Assembly: GCA_964475405.1 (NCBI GenBank)
Contig: CAYYWX010000002.1
Location: 1 to 64,000 of the forward strand
Source: an uncultured Verrucomicrobiota bacterium
GTDB lineage: Bacteria; Verrucomicrobiota; Kiritimatiellia; JAAZAB01
DNA length: 64,000 nt
Reading direction: 5' to 3'
The stretch's first letter is position 1, and each line of letters opens with the position of its first letter. Below, in pieces: positions 1 to 8,263 of the stretch. The notes beneath the pieces were generated by a model, which searched no databases, was not told where the DNA came from, and worked only from the letters and a program-made list of their open reading frames with translations. The translations under genes and the position numbers were made by a program.

Positions 1-2
1 TG

Positions 3-213
3 CGGAGCAGTTCCTATGCATGGCTGGCGACCGAGTATTTGCTCTTATATAACCTGATGTTCATCGTGCCCTTGATCATTATCCTTGTGCTGGTCTGGAA
101 CGGGCTCAGGATGGAACATCTGCTGGCATGGAGCAGGGGCCACGTCGTTTTCAGTAAATGCCTTCTGGGCTTGTTCTTCCTCGCCATGGGTGTCCTCTTG
201 GTCGTGATGTAAA
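3..213 (+). CDS. C-terminal fragment of a polytopic membrane protein (CcdA/DsbD-family-like) running off the 5' window edge; apparent +1 frame change in a CCC run near 179-181
   Basis: Frame 3 from position 3 reads a hydrophobic TM-like peptide (…ATEYLLLYNLMFIVPLIIILVLVWNGLR…KCLLGLFF). Frame 1 then ends …LAMGVLLVVM* at the TAA at 211-213. Joined, the two read like a CcdA C-terminus. No start codon is visible because the gene begins before the window. Confidence 0.3.
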
Positions 214-271
214 TTGCTTTTTACGGTCATTTCCTTTGAAATCTCCCGCCTTTTCCCATTACTTGCCGAAT

Positions 272-311
272 ACAATATTGTGTCGGTACAATCAACGTGT
301 AACAATATTGT
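272..311 (+). promoter_or_regulatory. Two copies of the perfect 10-bp palindrome ACAATATTGT (272-281 and 302-311), 30 bp centre to centre; candidate enhancer/activator sites upstream of amtB
   Basis: Palindromes read directly from the sequence. They lie about 100-130 bp upstream of the sigma-54 promoter at 403-417. Confidence 0.45.
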
Positions 312-402
312 AACAGAGCAATTTACGGCGCAATTCCGAATCTGATTTTTAAATCACTGCCGGACAGTAAGATGCAGAATACGGCGCGCGTTGTCCATTT
401 GT

Positions 403-417
403 TGGCACGCGGATTGC
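403..417 (+). promoter_or_regulatory. Sigma-54 (RpoN) -24/-12 promoter TGGCAC-N5-TTGC driving amtB-glnK
   Basis: tTGGCACgcggaTTGCTaa matches the consensus TGGCAC-N5-TTGCW with GG and GC correctly spaced. It lies about 55 bp upstream of the amtB ATG at 473. Confidence 0.7.
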
Positions 418-472
418 TAATTATGTTTGGCATGATTTTTATCCAACAATCGAATAAAGGAGAGAAGGCGTA

Positions 473-1810
473 ATGAACAAGAGGACGATGCTTACCCTGG
501 TTGGTCTGATGATCATGCAAATGGCCGGCGCCGCTTTCGGCCAGGATGTTGCCGCACCGGCCGCGCCGCAAATCAATTCAGGCGACACGGCCTGGCTCCT
601 GACCGGGGCGGCGATGGTAATGCTGATGACTCCCGGTCTGGCGTTTTTTTACGGCGGGCTGGTCCGGCGCAAAAACGTCCTTTCGGTCCTGATGCAATGT
701 TTCATGATCCTGTGCCTGGTGACGATTCAATGGGTATTATACGGTTACAGCCTTGCCTTCGGTCCGGACATTTATGGGCTGATTGGCAGTTTGCGTTGGG
801 CCGGTTTATCCGGCGTCGGGCTCGCCCCAAATGCCGTTTACATGCCGACCGTGCCGCACCAGGCTTTCATGATTTTCCAGGCGATGTTCGCCGTGATCAC
901 CCCGGCCCTGATTATCGGCGCCTTCGCCGAGCGGATGCGTTTTCTTCCGTTTTGCATCTTTACGATGCTGTGGGTGACGTTTGTGTATTGTCCGGTCGCG
1001 CACTGGGTATGGGCGGACAAGGGTATTCTCGGAACGGCCGGCGGCATGGGCGCGCTTGACTTCGCGGGGGGAACGGTTGTGCATATCAACGCCGGGATGG
1101 CGGCCCTGGCTTCCGCGCTGTTCCTGGGACGACGCCAGGGGGCGCCCGTAAAAATCTCTCCGCCGCACAATCTGCCCTTTGCGGTCCTGGGGGCCGGGAT
1201 TCTCTGGTTTGGATGGTTCGGCTTCAACGCCGCCAGCGCGGGATCAGCCGGGCAATTGGCGGCCGGCGCGTTTGTCGTCACCCACGTGGCCGCCGCCGCG
1301 GCCGGCCTGGCCTGGGCCATGCTGGACGTCATTTTCAACAAGCATGCGACCGTCCTGGGCGTCATCACCGGGATTGTCGCGGGGCTTGTGGCGATCACGC
1401 CCGCGGCCGGGTTTGTGACGCCGATGGGGGCGATCGGCATCGGAATCTGCGCAGGTGCCATCTGTTACATCTTTGTCTCGGTCCTGAAACCGCTCTTCGG
1501 TTACGATGACGCCCTGGACGCTTTCGGCGTGCATGGCATTGGCGGAATTTTCGGGGCCCTGGCCACCGGAATCTGGGCGACAAAGCTGGTCAATCCGGCC
1601 GGCGCCAACGGCCTGCTGCATGGGAATCCGGTCCAGCTTTGGATCCAGTTGAAAACCGTCATGATTACGATGGCATATTCGTTTGTGGTTTCTTATATTC
1701 TGTTGCGCCTGGTCAACCTGTTTTGCGGCCTGCGCGCCTCGGAACAAAACGAAAGAATAGGGCTTGACCTGAGCGAGCACCGCGAGGTCGGATACACTTT
1801 GTTGGATTGA
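473..1810 (+). CDS. amtB: Ammonium transporter (Amt family) with N-terminal signal peptide
   Basis: 445 aa protein with 11-12 TM segments and Amt-family conserved blocks (DTAWLLTGAAMVMLMTPGLAFFYGG, FAGGTVVHINAG, AFGVHGIGGIFGAL). It is followed by glnK. Confidence 0.95.
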   Translation: MNKRTMLTLVGLMIMQMAGAAFGQDVAAPAAPQINSGDTAWLLTGAAMVMLMTPGLAFFYGGLVRRKNVLSVLMQCFMILCLVTIQWVLYGYSLAFGPDIYGLIGSLRWAGLSGVGLAPNAVYMPTVPHQAFMIFQAMFAVITPALIIGAFAERMRFLPFCIFTMLWVTFVYCPVAHWVWADKGILGTAGGMGALDFAGGTVVHINAGMAALASALFLGRRQGAPVKISPPHNLPFAVLGAGILWFGWFGFNAASAGSAGQLAAGAFVVTHVAAAAAGLAWAMLDVIFNKHATVLGVITGIVAGLVAITPAAGFVTPMGAIGIGICAGAICYIFVSVLKPLFGYDDALDAFGVHGIGGIFGALATGIWATKLVNPAGANGLLHGNPVQLWIQLKTVMITMAYSFVVSYILLRLVNLFCGLRASEQNERIGLDLSEHREVGYTLLD

Positions 1811-1826
1811 TTTGCGCAGGTAGATA

Positions 1827-1922
1827 GGCTGAAGACTATTAGTGTCTTAGCCATCGGGAACAACGAAGAAAAACAATGCGTCACACCGTGACGCACTACT
1901 GTAGCGCCGCACGGTGTGCGGC
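1827..1922 (+). promoter_or_regulatory. Cluster of three stem-loops in the amtB-glnK intergenic region (1827-1852, 1879-1893, 1904-1922)
   Basis: The hairpins are ggctgaagac-tattagt-gtcttagcc, cgtcacaccgtgacg and cgccgcacggtgtgcggcg. The 9-mers cacaccgtg and cacggtgtg are reverse complements, so alternative pairings are possible. No T-run follows. Confidence 0.4.
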
Positions 1923-1974
1923 GAAACTGAGTTGCAGGCATAGTTCGACTTGGTAACAAACAAAAGGAGAAAGA

Positions 1975-2316
1975 ATGAAATACATCATTGCCATCATTCA
2001 GCCCGATCGCCTGGACGACGTGCTGGAGAAGCTGACGAAGAACGAAGTCCACCTGGTGACGGTCAGCAATGTCATGGGGCGCGGTAGGCAGCAAGGCATC
2101 GCCGAGGTATATCGCAGCCACACCGAGGCCGGGAGCCTCCTGAAAAAGGTCAAGCTGGAGATAGCGGTCAACGAGTCCTATGTCCAGGCCACGGTTGACG
2201 CCATTTGCGCCGGCGGGCGCACGGGGCAGATCGGCGACGGCAAGATATTCATCCTGGACCTGAACGACTGCATCCGCATCCGGACCGGCGAGACCGAAGG
2301 CGTGGCGATCGGATAA
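1975..2316 (+). CDS. glnK: Nitrogen regulatory protein P-II
   Basis: 113 aa with the canonical P-II sequence including the T-loop region (MGRGRQQG…YRS). It sits immediately downstream of amtB. An RBS aaaaggag lies upstream of the ATG. Confidence 0.95.
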   Translation: MKYIIAIIQPDRLDDVLEKLTKNEVHLVTVSNVMGRGRQQGIAEVYRSHTEAGSLLKKVKLEIAVNESYVQATVDAICAGGRTGQIGDGKIFILDLNDCIRIRTGETEGVAIG

Positions 2317-2341
2317 CGGCGGCCTTAAGCTAAAATGAATT

Positions 2342-2431
2342 CACTGCCCGCGGAACACGCGGAAACAGGAATGATTTTTATTCTGAATTTTAGGATGCAC
2401 TGCCCGCGGAATACGCGGAAATAAGAATGAT
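2342..2431 (+). repeat. Two copies of a 34-bp direct repeat (cactgcccgcggaaYacgcggaaaYaRgaatgat, 56-bp period), each containing the small palindrome CCGCG-GAAYA-CGCGG
   Basis: Copies read directly at 2342-2375 and 2398-2431. The second copy overlaps the annotated start of the downstream ORF. Confidence 0.6.
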
Positions 2432-3230
2432 AATGAAAGGACAAAAGATGAGAAGGGTGAAAAGGGGCGTAATTGCGGCAACGTTGATGGCAACCTTAAG
2501 TTTCATCGTAAACATTGCCCATGCAACTCCGTCAACAACCTACTGGACGCCGATGACCCCGGACATCCAGTCATTCGGCGTGCTGCATATCGGCGTGGAT
2601 AATTATTTCACCGTGCTCAGGAATTCCGATAACGGCGCCGGATCCCTGCCGACCGACGCGGGCTTGACCATGGGAGTTTTACCCTTTGAAACGCTCCGGA
2701 TGGAAGTCGGCGCGGACTGGCAGGAGCCGAGCGACGCCCCGTTCTCGTTCAACGCCAAGATCGGGGTTCTTGAGGATTCATTGTTCAAATGGTCTCCGGC
2801 GCTGCAAGTTGGGATATTCAATGTCGGCACGGTGAATAACGTCAACAACCAGAACATCGGCTATGCGGTGATCGGGAAGACGGTTCCCTGGGTGGGAGGG
2901 CGCTTATCCATTGGACCTTACGTCGGCAATGGGAATTCACTGGTTGACGGGGATGGGGACGCCGATAATACGGGCTTTATGGTTGCCTATGACCACGGGT
3001 TCATGCCGATAAAGGACAAGGAGGGGAATGAATTCAACCGGCTCGTGGTTGCGGCGGATTATGCCTCCGGGAACAACGCTCTGGGCGGCGGAGGATGCGG
3101 AATGTATTACTACTTCATGAAGGACATCAGCCTCCTGACGGGTCCGGTCTGGTACAACGAGGAGGCGATTAACGGAAAGTGGAAATGGACCATCCAGTTG
3201 GATATAAATTTACAGGTCTTCGGTAAGTAA
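2427..3230 (+). CDS. Hypothetical secreted protein with signal peptide (possibly outer-membrane beta-barrel-like)
   Basis: N-terminal basic region plus a hydrophobic stretch and an AHA-like cleavage motif (…IVNIAHATPST). The protein is glycine/aromatic-rich. No family is recognised. An alternative start lies at 2448. Confidence 0.5.
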   Translation: MIMKGQKMRRVKRGVIAATLMATLSFIVNIAHATPSTTYWTPMTPDIQSFGVLHIGVDNYFTVLRNSDNGAGSLPTDAGLTMGVLPFETLRMEVGADWQEPSDAPFSFNAKIGVLEDSLFKWSPALQVGIFNVGTVNNVNNQNIGYAVIGKTVPWVGGRLSIGPYVGNGNSLVDGDGDADNTGFMVAYDHGFMPIKDKEGNEFNRLVVAADYASGNNALGGGGCGMYYYFMKDISLLTGPVWYNEEAINGKWKWTIQLDINLQVFGK

Positions 3231-3553
3231 GCGCGAAACGACTTCCTTGCCGGCTAGTGAAATGTTTCACTCGATATGTATTTAATAGCATGTCATGCTG
3301 AGTCCCGATGCGCTCAGTGATCGGGACGAAGCATCTCAACAATAACGAGATTCCTCGCCTCGGCTCGGCTCGGAATGACAACGCCTTTATAATCAGAGAT
3401 GTTGTAATGCCAGTTTCGAGCGGGTCCTGCCGGTTGCCAGCCGATAACTGAGGAGTTACGCGATGTTAACAAATGATTTGACAGGATTGGCGCGCAGGAT
3501 AATATGCATATAACAATTATGTTTATCCGGACAAATCGAAAATCAGGAGGAAT

Positions 3554-5551
3554 ATGAATCCGCTTACATTCGGCATCATTGTCATAACGAGTGTTGCGCT
3601 GGTGGTGTTTTTAATCAGCGGGCTGAGACTGATCAGCGACTTGGAAGTCGGCATTCTGACCAAGAAGATGTTCGGACGGAAGATGCCCCAGGGCCAGATC
3701 GTGGCACGCAACGGCGAAATAGGCGTCCAGGCCGACATATTGATGCCCGGCCTCTACTGGCGGATACCGATCATCTGGAATATCTCCAAGGTGCCGGTCA
3801 CCGAAATCCTCCCGTCGGAAGTGGGCGTCGTGGAATCCATTGACGGCAAATCCATCCCGCACGGCCGGCTGCTCGGCGACTCGGTTGAATGCAACAACTT
3901 CCAGGACGCAACGCTGTTCATGGAAAACGGCGGCAGGAAGGGGCCGCAGGTGAGCATTCTCCGGCCCGGTTCTTACAGAATCAACCTTTACGCGTTTAAA
4001 ATCCTGAAGGCGCCGGTGACTGAAATCCCGGCCGAGAAAATCGGCGTTGTGATCGCGAATGACGGTCTTCCGCTGCCATCCGGGAACATCGTCGCGCCCA
4101 GGCCGCTTGAGTCACGGACACCGGAGTATCCTGATGTCAAGAACAGCCAGTATTTCCAGGACGGGCAGGCTTTCCTCAACAGCGCCGGTCACCGCGGCCC
4201 CCAGTTGGACACCCTCCAGCCGGGTAAATACTACATCAATCCGCTGCTTTTCGCGGTGGAACTCTACGCCGTCGCCGAGGTTCCCCCGGGCTATGTCGCG
4301 GTCCTGCGTTCCAACGTGGGCATGGATCTTGAAAAGAAGGAGGGCGCGCCCGGCCCGGCGACTCTCGGCACGCCGGGGAAGCAGAGCCTTGAACTTGGCC
4401 AGCCGGTGCATGAGGAGGCCGAGTCCTTGTTGATCCTGGACAAAAACATGAGGGGTATCTGGAAAGAACCCATTGCGCCTGGCACATACAATCTCAACCC
4501 GCTGGCTTTCACGGCGTACCTGGTCCCCACGAGCGCGGTCACGATTGACTGGGCTTCCGGCGTTGACCAGCGGGCGCAGCACACCGCGCCCGATGCCGCG
4601 AAAAAGAGCGGCATCGTGATCACCAACGAGTCCTATGACGCCGCTGAAAACAACCGGGCGACCGAGTTCTTCAAATTCTCCCAGTTGCGCGTGACTTCCA
4701 TGGACGGTTTTCAGCTCGAGGTGGACGTGCGCATGATCATCCGCATCCGTCCGCAGAACGCGGCGTTCATCATCGCGCGGTTCGGATCGGTCAAGAACCT
4801 GATTGAGCAGATCGTGCACCCGCTGATTGATTCCTCATTCCGCAACAAGGCCGGCGAGGAGAAGGCGATCAACTTCATCATGAGCCGGACCGAACTGCAG
4901 CGCTCGGCGCTGGAGAAGGCGCAACAGCAATTTGAGGTGTACCATGTCGAGGCCCAAAACCTCCTGATCGCCTACATCAAGGTTGACCAGGCCCTGCTCG
5001 ACACGCAGACCAAGCGCGAGATAGCGCTCCAGCAACAGGCCCAATACCAGCAGGAGGCGCTTTCACAGGAGAAGCGCATTGATGTGCAGTCCAAGGCTGC
5101 CAACGCCGACAAGCAGCCGGAAGTCGTCGCTTCCATGCTCTCCATCCAGATTGAGGACAACAAGGCCGAGGCCAAGCGCAAACTGGCTGGCGGCGAGCGG
5201 GACCTTAACAAGATCACGGCCGACGGCGAGAAGTACAAGATCCAGGCATTGGCCGAGGCCGAGACATACCGGCTGAAGACCGTGGCGGACGGCAAGGCCT
5301 ATGACCAGCGCGAGGTCGGCAAGGGCATCGCCGACGCCTACAAGGCCCAGGCGCAGGTGATCGGCCCGACGGCGACCGCCGCGATCAAGCTGATGGACGA
5401 GGTGGGGGTGAACAAGGTGAAGATCACCCCGGATATCCTTATCTCGGCCGCGGGCGGCGACCAGGGAGCGACTTCGCTGCTATCAACCTGGCTCGCCCAA
5501 ACAGTGAGCAAGGGACTGCAGGAAGGGAAGAAGACGGAGTCTGCCGGGTAA
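3554..5551 (+). CDS. Flotillin-like SPFH/band-7 family membrane protein (YqiK-like)
   Basis: N-terminal TM helix followed by an SPFH-like region and a long coiled-coil C-terminus rich in E/A/Q/K repeats (…QQQAQYQQEALSQEKRIDVQSKA…), typical of bacterial flotillins. Confidence 0.7.
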   Translation: MNPLTFGIIVITSVALVVFLISGLRLISDLEVGILTKKMFGRKMPQGQIVARNGEIGVQADILMPGLYWRIPIIWNISKVPVTEILPSEVGVVESIDGKSIPHGRLLGDSVECNNFQDATLFMENGGRKGPQVSILRPGSYRINLYAFKILKAPVTEIPAEKIGVVIANDGLPLPSGNIVAPRPLESRTPEYPDVKNSQYFQDGQAFLNSAGHRGPQLDTLQPGKYYINPLLFAVELYAVAEVPPGYVAVLRSNVGMDLEKKEGAPGPATLGTPGKQSLELGQPVHEEAESLLILDKNMRGIWKEPIAPGTYNLNPLAFTAYLVPTSAVTIDWASGVDQRAQHTAPDAAKKSGIVITNESYDAAENNRATEFFKFSQLRVTSMDGFQLEVDVRMIIRIRPQNAAFIIARFGSVKNLIEQIVHPLIDSSFRNKAGEEKAINFIMSRTELQRSALEKAQQQFEVYHVEAQNLLIAYIKVDQALLDTQTKREIALQQQAQYQQEALSQEKRIDVQSKAANADKQPEVVASMLSIQIEDNKAEAKRKLAGGERDLNKITADGEKYKIQALAEAETYRLKTVADGKAYDQREVGKGIADAYKAQAQVIGPTATAAIKLMDEVGVNKVKITPDILISAAGGDQGATSLLSTWLAQTVSKGLQEGKKTESAG

Positions 5552-5574
5552 TTCAAAGCATAGAAATTTCAAAA

Positions 5575-5734
5575 GGTAGGGCGAGGCGTCCCTGCCGAGC
5601 CGTCTGGGGAAGAGCGGCTTACCCGGCCGTCGTCGCGCCGAAGCGGTGCTATGCCGAGCCGCGAAGGCGGAAGGGTTCGCCCTACCTGTTGGACGCGGAA
5701 AAAAGCTGTCCCGATGCGCGAAGCGCGATCGGAC
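5575..5734 (+). other. Structured intergenic region: a roughly 112-nt element closed by a perfect 10-bp stem (ggtagggcga / tcgccctacc) plus a downstream imperfect palindrome gtcccgatgcgcgaagcgcgatcggac
   Basis: Stems read directly (5575-5584 pairs with 5677-5686). The internal motif gccgagccg is repeated. The 12-mer gtcccgatgcgc also starts a second hairpin at 3302-3326. Confidence 0.4.
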
Positions 5735-5779
5735 CTAATTCAATCTTTATGTTGACCATGGCTGGTGTCCAGCCCAAGC

Positions 5780-6391
5780 TTACGGCAGGCTTTCGAGGGG
5801 AATGTCAAGGACCGGGAAATTCGTCCAGTCGGAATCGTCAAAATGCCACCACTCGGTCTCAAAGGCGAGGAAGCCGTTTGAAGTCATGACGGAGCGCAGG
5901 AGCTCGCGGTCGGCGACAATTTCCGGCGGCAGATTGGTGAAGGCGTAATGGGCGCGCTCGCTGAAATCATCGTAGCCGGAAGGCATTTTCAATTCGTCGC
6001 CTGAGCGCAGGTCAACCAGGGTGACGTCCACCGCCGAGCCGCGGTTATGCCGCGAGCCCTTCTTCGGGTCGGCGACATACCTTTCATCCGGCATAATGTT
6101 CCAGAATATTTTTTGGACGCTTAGCGGCCGGTAGGCGTCATAAACTTTCAGCCCGAGCCCCTGTTCCTCCAATTTTGCCTGGGCCCCGGCAAGTTTTGCG
6201 GCGGTGGATTTGTTCAGGCAGGCCCTGGCGCAGGGGTAAACCTGGCGGCCGGTGAAGTTGTTGGTGGTGGCGTAGCGGAGGTCCAGCCTGATATGGCTGT
6301 TGACGGAGGTCACGGCCACAAGGTCGTTGGTGAACGCGCCGGCGCCGGCGGCGCCGACCAGTAAAAATAAAATCAGCGCGGAATATTTCAT
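5780..6391 (-). CDS. D-alanyl-D-alanine dipeptidase (VanX/DdpX, peptidase M15D) with signal peptide
   Basis: Conserved VanX motifs are present: DLRYATTNNFTGR, YDAYRP, SRHNRGSAVDVTL, EWWHF. Start chosen at the internal Met (MKYSALILFLLVGAAGAGA) rather than the longer ORF start. Confidence 0.85.
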   Translation of the reverse strand: MKYSALILFLLVGAAGAGAFTNDLVAVTSVNSHIRLDLRYATTNNFTGRQVYPCARACLNKSTAAKLAGAQAKLEEQGLGLKVYDAYRPLSVQKIFWNIMPDERYVADPKKGSRHNRGSAVDVTLVDLRSGDELKMPSGYDDFSERAHYAFTNLPPEIVADRELLRSVMTSNGFLAFETEWWHFDDSDWTNFPVLDIPLESLP

Positions 6392-6447
6392 TTTGAAACA
6401 GGAAAAAGCAGATGAAAAAAAACCGCCGCCGGCCGGCCGGCAACTTT

Positions 6448-6849
6448 TTACGGCGCGACAAGTTTTTGCAAACATTCCGGCGGGCGGATAATCTTCAGTT
6501 CGGCGGAAACGCAGACGTGAACCGTGTAGCCGGTGACGATCAGGTCCTTCTCGCGGGTCACCTTGTATTCAACGCGCAGGCGCACGCCCTGGATCCGGCA
6601 GTTGGTTGATATCTCAAGCCGGTCGTCAAAATGGGCGGGTGATTTGTATTCGCAATGCGCCTCCACGACCGGCAGGAAAATACCCTGTTTTTCAAGCTCG
6701 GCATAGGGCAGTCCGACTTCCCGCAGCATTTCCGCCCGCGCCATTTCAAAATAAACAAGGTAATTGGCGTAATAGACAAACCGCATCTGGTCGGTGTGGG
6801 CGTAGGGCACGCGCACAAAATGCTTGAAGGTCCGGGTTGTTGTTTCCAT
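6448..6849 (-). CDS. Acyl-CoA thioesterase, hotdog fold (YbgC/4HBT family)
   Basis: METTTRTFKHFVRVPYAHTDQMRFVYYANYLVYFEMARAEML… matches the YbgC-type thioesterase pattern. Start taken at the internal ATG (6849). Confidence 0.75.
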   Translation of the reverse strand: METTTRTFKHFVRVPYAHTDQMRFVYYANYLVYFEMARAEMLREVGLPYAELEKQGIFLPVVEAHCEYKSPAHFDDRLEISTNCRIQGVRLRVEYKVTREKDLIVTGYTVHVCVSAELKIIRPPECLQKLVAP

Positions 6850-7016
6850 GGAACAAGAGTCTAAAAGAGCGCCGGGAAAAAGCAAGCCGTTGTTTACGCG
6901 AAAAGCGCCAAAATTCCGGGCTTCGGGTGTAAGACACATTATTGATTGGAAGTTTAATCATGCCTGTCCCACTAGGAGGACAGGTTAAGAATATGGAATT
7001 CAAGGAAAAGACGGCG

Positions 7017-7086
7017 ACAGCGCCTGTCGCCCTCCAAATGGTGCTGGATTTCATGGAGGGCGGACGGCCCCGTCCGCCGCAGGTAT
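7017..7086 (+). repeat. Roughly 70-bp REP/MITE-like structured repeat, copy 1 (three consecutive hairpins)
   Basis: gcgacagcgcctgtcgccctccaaatggtgctggatttcatggagggcggacggccccgtccgccgc. A near-identical copy lies at 28601-28676. Confidence 0.7.
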
Positions 7087-7240
7087 GAGTTGTCCGGTAT
7101 AAGTTCGGTTCTTGGCGGTAATTTGTATCTGTTTGGCTCATTTGCCAGATGCTTTGTCCTAGACCCGACCTTCGGGTTTATTTGTTTGATCTTCCGGTTT
7201 GTTTCTGGCATCGTAAAAAGATTAAATAAGGAAAAACAAC

Positions 7241-8236
7241 ATGATAAAGATAATCCACTTGGGACTCGGTCCGCTCGGACAAAAAGTCGTTAAATTCGCC
7301 CTGGAGCGCTGCTATATCAAGATTGTCGCCGCGGTTGACCCGGCGCCCGACAAGGCCGGCAAGGACCTGGGCGAGTTATGCGGGCTGGACAAGATGAACC
7401 TGGTTGTCAGTCCCGACCTTCCGACCGCCCTGAAGAGCGCCAAGCCTTCCGTGGCGCTGGTTACGACGGTGTCCAGCCTGAAAAAACTCGAGCCGTTGAT
7501 TGACGAGCTGGCCCGGGCCGGCCTGAACATCATTTCCACCTGCGAGGAGCTCGCCTTTCCGTGGAAAACCCAGCCGCAAATCGCCAAGCGGATTGACGAG
7601 GTCTGCCGTGAAAACAACGTGGCCTGCGTCGGCACGGGGGTGAATCCGGGCTACCTGATGGATTTCCTGCCGGCGGTCCTGAGCGGCGTCTGCCAGAGGA
7701 TTGACCATATCAAGGTGTATCGCGTCCAGGACGCGTCATCGCGCCGCGTTCCTTTCCAGCAGAAAATCGGCGCCGGTTTGACCCTGCCGCAATTTCACGA
7801 GAAGGTGGCGGACGGCACCCTGCGCCACGTCGGCCTGACCGAGTCGGCCCACATGATCGCCCATCACCTGGGCTGGAAGCTTGAAAAAATAACGGAGGAT
7901 TTGAGCCCGGTCATAGCCGAAAAGGATATCACCGGCGGCTATATCCCGATCACGCGCGGCCTGGCTTGCGGCGTGGCCCAGGTGGCGCGCGGGTTCATGG
8001 ATAAAAAGGAAGTGATCCTGCTCCAGTTCCGGGCGGCGGTGGGCGAACCGGAATCCTATGACCGGGTTGAAATCAAAGGCCTGCCGGACGTTGTTTCCAC
8101 GATTGCCGGCGGAGTCAACGGCGATGTTGTCACCTGCGCGATCACGGTCAACGCCATCCGGTCCATCGTCAATTCAAGGCCGGGCTTGCGGACGATGATT
8201 GACTTGCATCCGGTCGGCTACTGCGATGCCATGTGA
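7241..8236 (+). CDS. DapB-family NAD(P)-dependent oxidoreductase (dihydrodipicolinate reductase-like / amine dehydrogenase-like)
   Basis: The N-terminal Rossmann segment resembles DapB (MIKIIHLGLGPLGQKVVKFAL…AAVDP). At 331 aa it is longer than canonical DapB and has a divergent C-terminal domain. Confidence 0.6.
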   Translation: MIKIIHLGLGPLGQKVVKFALERCYIKIVAAVDPAPDKAGKDLGELCGLDKMNLVVSPDLPTALKSAKPSVALVTTVSSLKKLEPLIDELARAGLNIISTCEELAFPWKTQPQIAKRIDEVCRENNVACVGTGVNPGYLMDFLPAVLSGVCQRIDHIKVYRVQDASSRRVPFQQKIGAGLTLPQFHEKVADGTLRHVGLTESAHMIAHHLGWKLEKITEDLSPVIAEKDITGGYIPITRGLACGVAQVARGFMDKKEVILLQFRAAVGEPESYDRVEIKGLPDVVSTIAGGVNGDVVTCAITVNAIRSIVNSRPGLRTMIDLHPVGYCDAM

Positions 8237-8263
8237 TTATTGAAAAAAAACAGGAGGTGACCA

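Noticed and set aside
838-1461. 207-aa ORF on the minus strand, plus several other ORFs (697-1059, 1244-1780), inside amtB
   Set aside because: They lie antisense to or out of frame with a strongly supported Amt transporter gene. Their translations are low-complexity, Ala/Pro/Arg-rich GC-frame artefacts.
3231-3553. Possible small ncRNA or riboswitch upstream of the flotillin gene
   Set aside because: Only a single short hairpin (3302-3326) and simple repeats (ggctcggctcgg) were seen. No recognisable riboswitch consensus is present, so it is mentioned only as part of the shared-12-mer observation.
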